A stretch of DNA of 706 nt from a phage. Shown here in pieces: positions 1 through 706 of this stretch. The notes beneath the pieces were generated by a model, which worked only from the letters and a program-made list of their open reading frames with translations, did no database searches and was not told where the DNA came from. Location of the stretch: the sequence record AY744076.1; one strand, given 5' to 3'. The stretch's first letter is position 1. The number at the start of each line of letters is the position of its first letter. The translations under genes and the position numbers were made by a program.

Positions 1-706
1 AGCTTTAAAGGATTCACCCGCCCAGCGAGCACCACGAATATCAATCGGATCCTGGAAGTCAAACACACCAGCTTTAGAACCTGGAGTCAGGGTCATACCA
101 GATTTACCAACCTGAGCTGAGTAGTTAATCCAATCAACAACTTCACGGTTGATTTCCAGCATGATTTCGGTAGCCAGAATACCAGACAGTTCAGCATCAG
201 CATCCATACCGTGAACAGCGCGGAGGTCTTGTGCTAATTCGATAGAGTAAGCAGCTTTCAGCTGACGAGATTTAGCTTCGATAACTTGTTTATCGATACG
301 GAAGCCCATTTCATTCCATGGGTTATCGGTAGAACCGTTGAAACCTTCCTGAAGTTCAGCGATAGAAGTAGCCATACCTTCAGCGATTTCTACCAGTACA
401 CCAGCTTCCATTTGTTTCTTAATTTCAGCATCTAATTTAGCTACGTCAGATGCACTAGTATCAATTTGTTTAACTTCTGTAGCTTGCAGATATACAGTAC
501 CAGTTTCCTGGAAGAAATAAGTATAGATGTCACCTTTGACAGTAGTAGCGCCAGCAGTTAAAGCAGTGAATTTCTTAGCAGCACCCTGACCAGAGAACAT
601 TGCATCTGGACCATACATTGGGTGGAATGCTTCTTTAGCATCAGCAGCGATTGGGTCTTTACCATATACTGCACGCAGTGCGAATACCTGGCCAGTCGGG
701 CTATTC
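1..706 (-). CDS. 23: Major capsid protein gp23 of a T4-like phage; internal fragment, partial at both ends (about residues 117-351 of the T4 protein by my numbering). Codons run from + position 705 down to 1; position 706 is the last base of the preceding codon.
   Basis: Seen directly: the minus strand has an uninterrupted 235-codon reading frame across the whole window. Recognition: the translation contains long stretches I recall as T4 gp23, e.g. NSPTGQVFALRAVYGKDP, EAFHPMYGPDAMFSGQGAAKKF, LVEIAEGMATSIAELQEGFNGSTDNPWNEMGFRIDKQVIEAKSRQLKAAYSIELAQDLRAVHGMDADAELSGILATEIMLEINREVVDWINYSAQVGKSGMTLTPGSKAGVFDFQDPIDIRGARWAGESFKA. Codon usage is strongly biased (GCT Ala, GGT Gly, CGT Arg, CTG Leu, AAA Lys, GAA Glu, ACT/ACC Thr, TCT Ser), as expected for a very highly expressed late structural gene. 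The near-identity over most of the length points to gp23 itself, not the distant vertex paralogue gp24. No database search was run. Confidence 0.95.

Noticed and set aside
47-52. Restriction-type palindromes: GGATCC at 47-52 and CAGCTG at 259-264.
   Set aside because: Isolated hexamer palindromes occur by chance at this length and carry no functional implication here; T-even phage DNA is typically cytosine-modified, making such sites largely irrelevant in vivo.
193-204. Short direct repeat agcatc-agcatc on the + strand.
   Set aside because: It is simply the antisense of GAT-GCT-GAT-GCT encoding the Asp-Ala-Asp-Ala in MDADAEL of gp23; not a CRISPR repeat or regulatory tandem repeat.
161-214. 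Short ATG-initiated ORF of about 17 codons on the + strand.
   Set aside because: Too short, no upstream Shine-Dalgarno-like motif, and embedded antisense in a conserved coding region; almost certainly spurious.
238-432. Open stretch of about 65 codons in + strand frame 1, antisense to the capsid gene.
   Set aside because: It lacks a convincing start codon and ribosome-binding site and lies entirely within and in phase with a strongly supported gp23 reading frame. Its openness is the expected artefact of the sense strand avoiding TTA, CTA and TCA codons. No recognisable protein similarity in its translation, which is Ser-rich from antisense GCT codons.
1-706. Search for T4 late promoter (TATAAATA) or rho-independent terminator hairpins on either strand.
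   Set aside because: I found no TATAAATA match and no GC-rich stem followed by a T-tract; consistent with the window being wholly intragenic.
1-706. The possibility that the window encodes a novel defence, anti-defence or other undescribed system.
   Set aside because: Every base is accounted for by a single well-known structural gene with near-identical protein sequence to T4 gp23 over most of its length. There is no unexplained ORF, repeat array or non-coding structure to support such a claim.

Overview
The whole 706-bp window is an internal fragment of a single gene on the minus strand: the major capsid protein gene (gene 23, gp23) of a T4-like myovirus (Tevenvirinae/Straboviridae type). 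Reverse-complementing and translating from + position 705 down to 1 gives 235 codons with no stop. The product reads NSPTGQVFALRAVYGKDPIAADAKEAFHPMYGPDAMFSGQGAAKKFTALTAGATTVKGDIYTYFFQETGTVYLQATEVKQIDTSASDVAKLDAEIKKQMEAGVLVEIAEGMATSIAELQEGFNGSTDNPWNEMGFRIDKQVIEAKSRQLKAAYSIELAQDLRAVHGMDADAELSGILATEIMLEINREVVDWINYSAQVGKSGMTLTPGSKAGVFDFQDPIDIRGARWAGESFKA, which I recognise as gp23, roughly residues 117-351 of the 521-aa T4 protein. Neither the start nor the stop codon is in the window, and I find no RNA gene, CRISPR array, mobile element or convincing promoter or terminator. I see no evidence of a previously undescribed system: this is one of the best-characterised phage structural genes. What merits a second look is modest: a cluster of substitutions relative to T4 gp23 in the N-terminal-proximal third of the fragment, a coincident dip in GC, and the fact that the window overlaps the region used for g23 amplicon diversity surveys. 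All comparisons to T4 rest on my recollection of the reference sequence, not on a database search.
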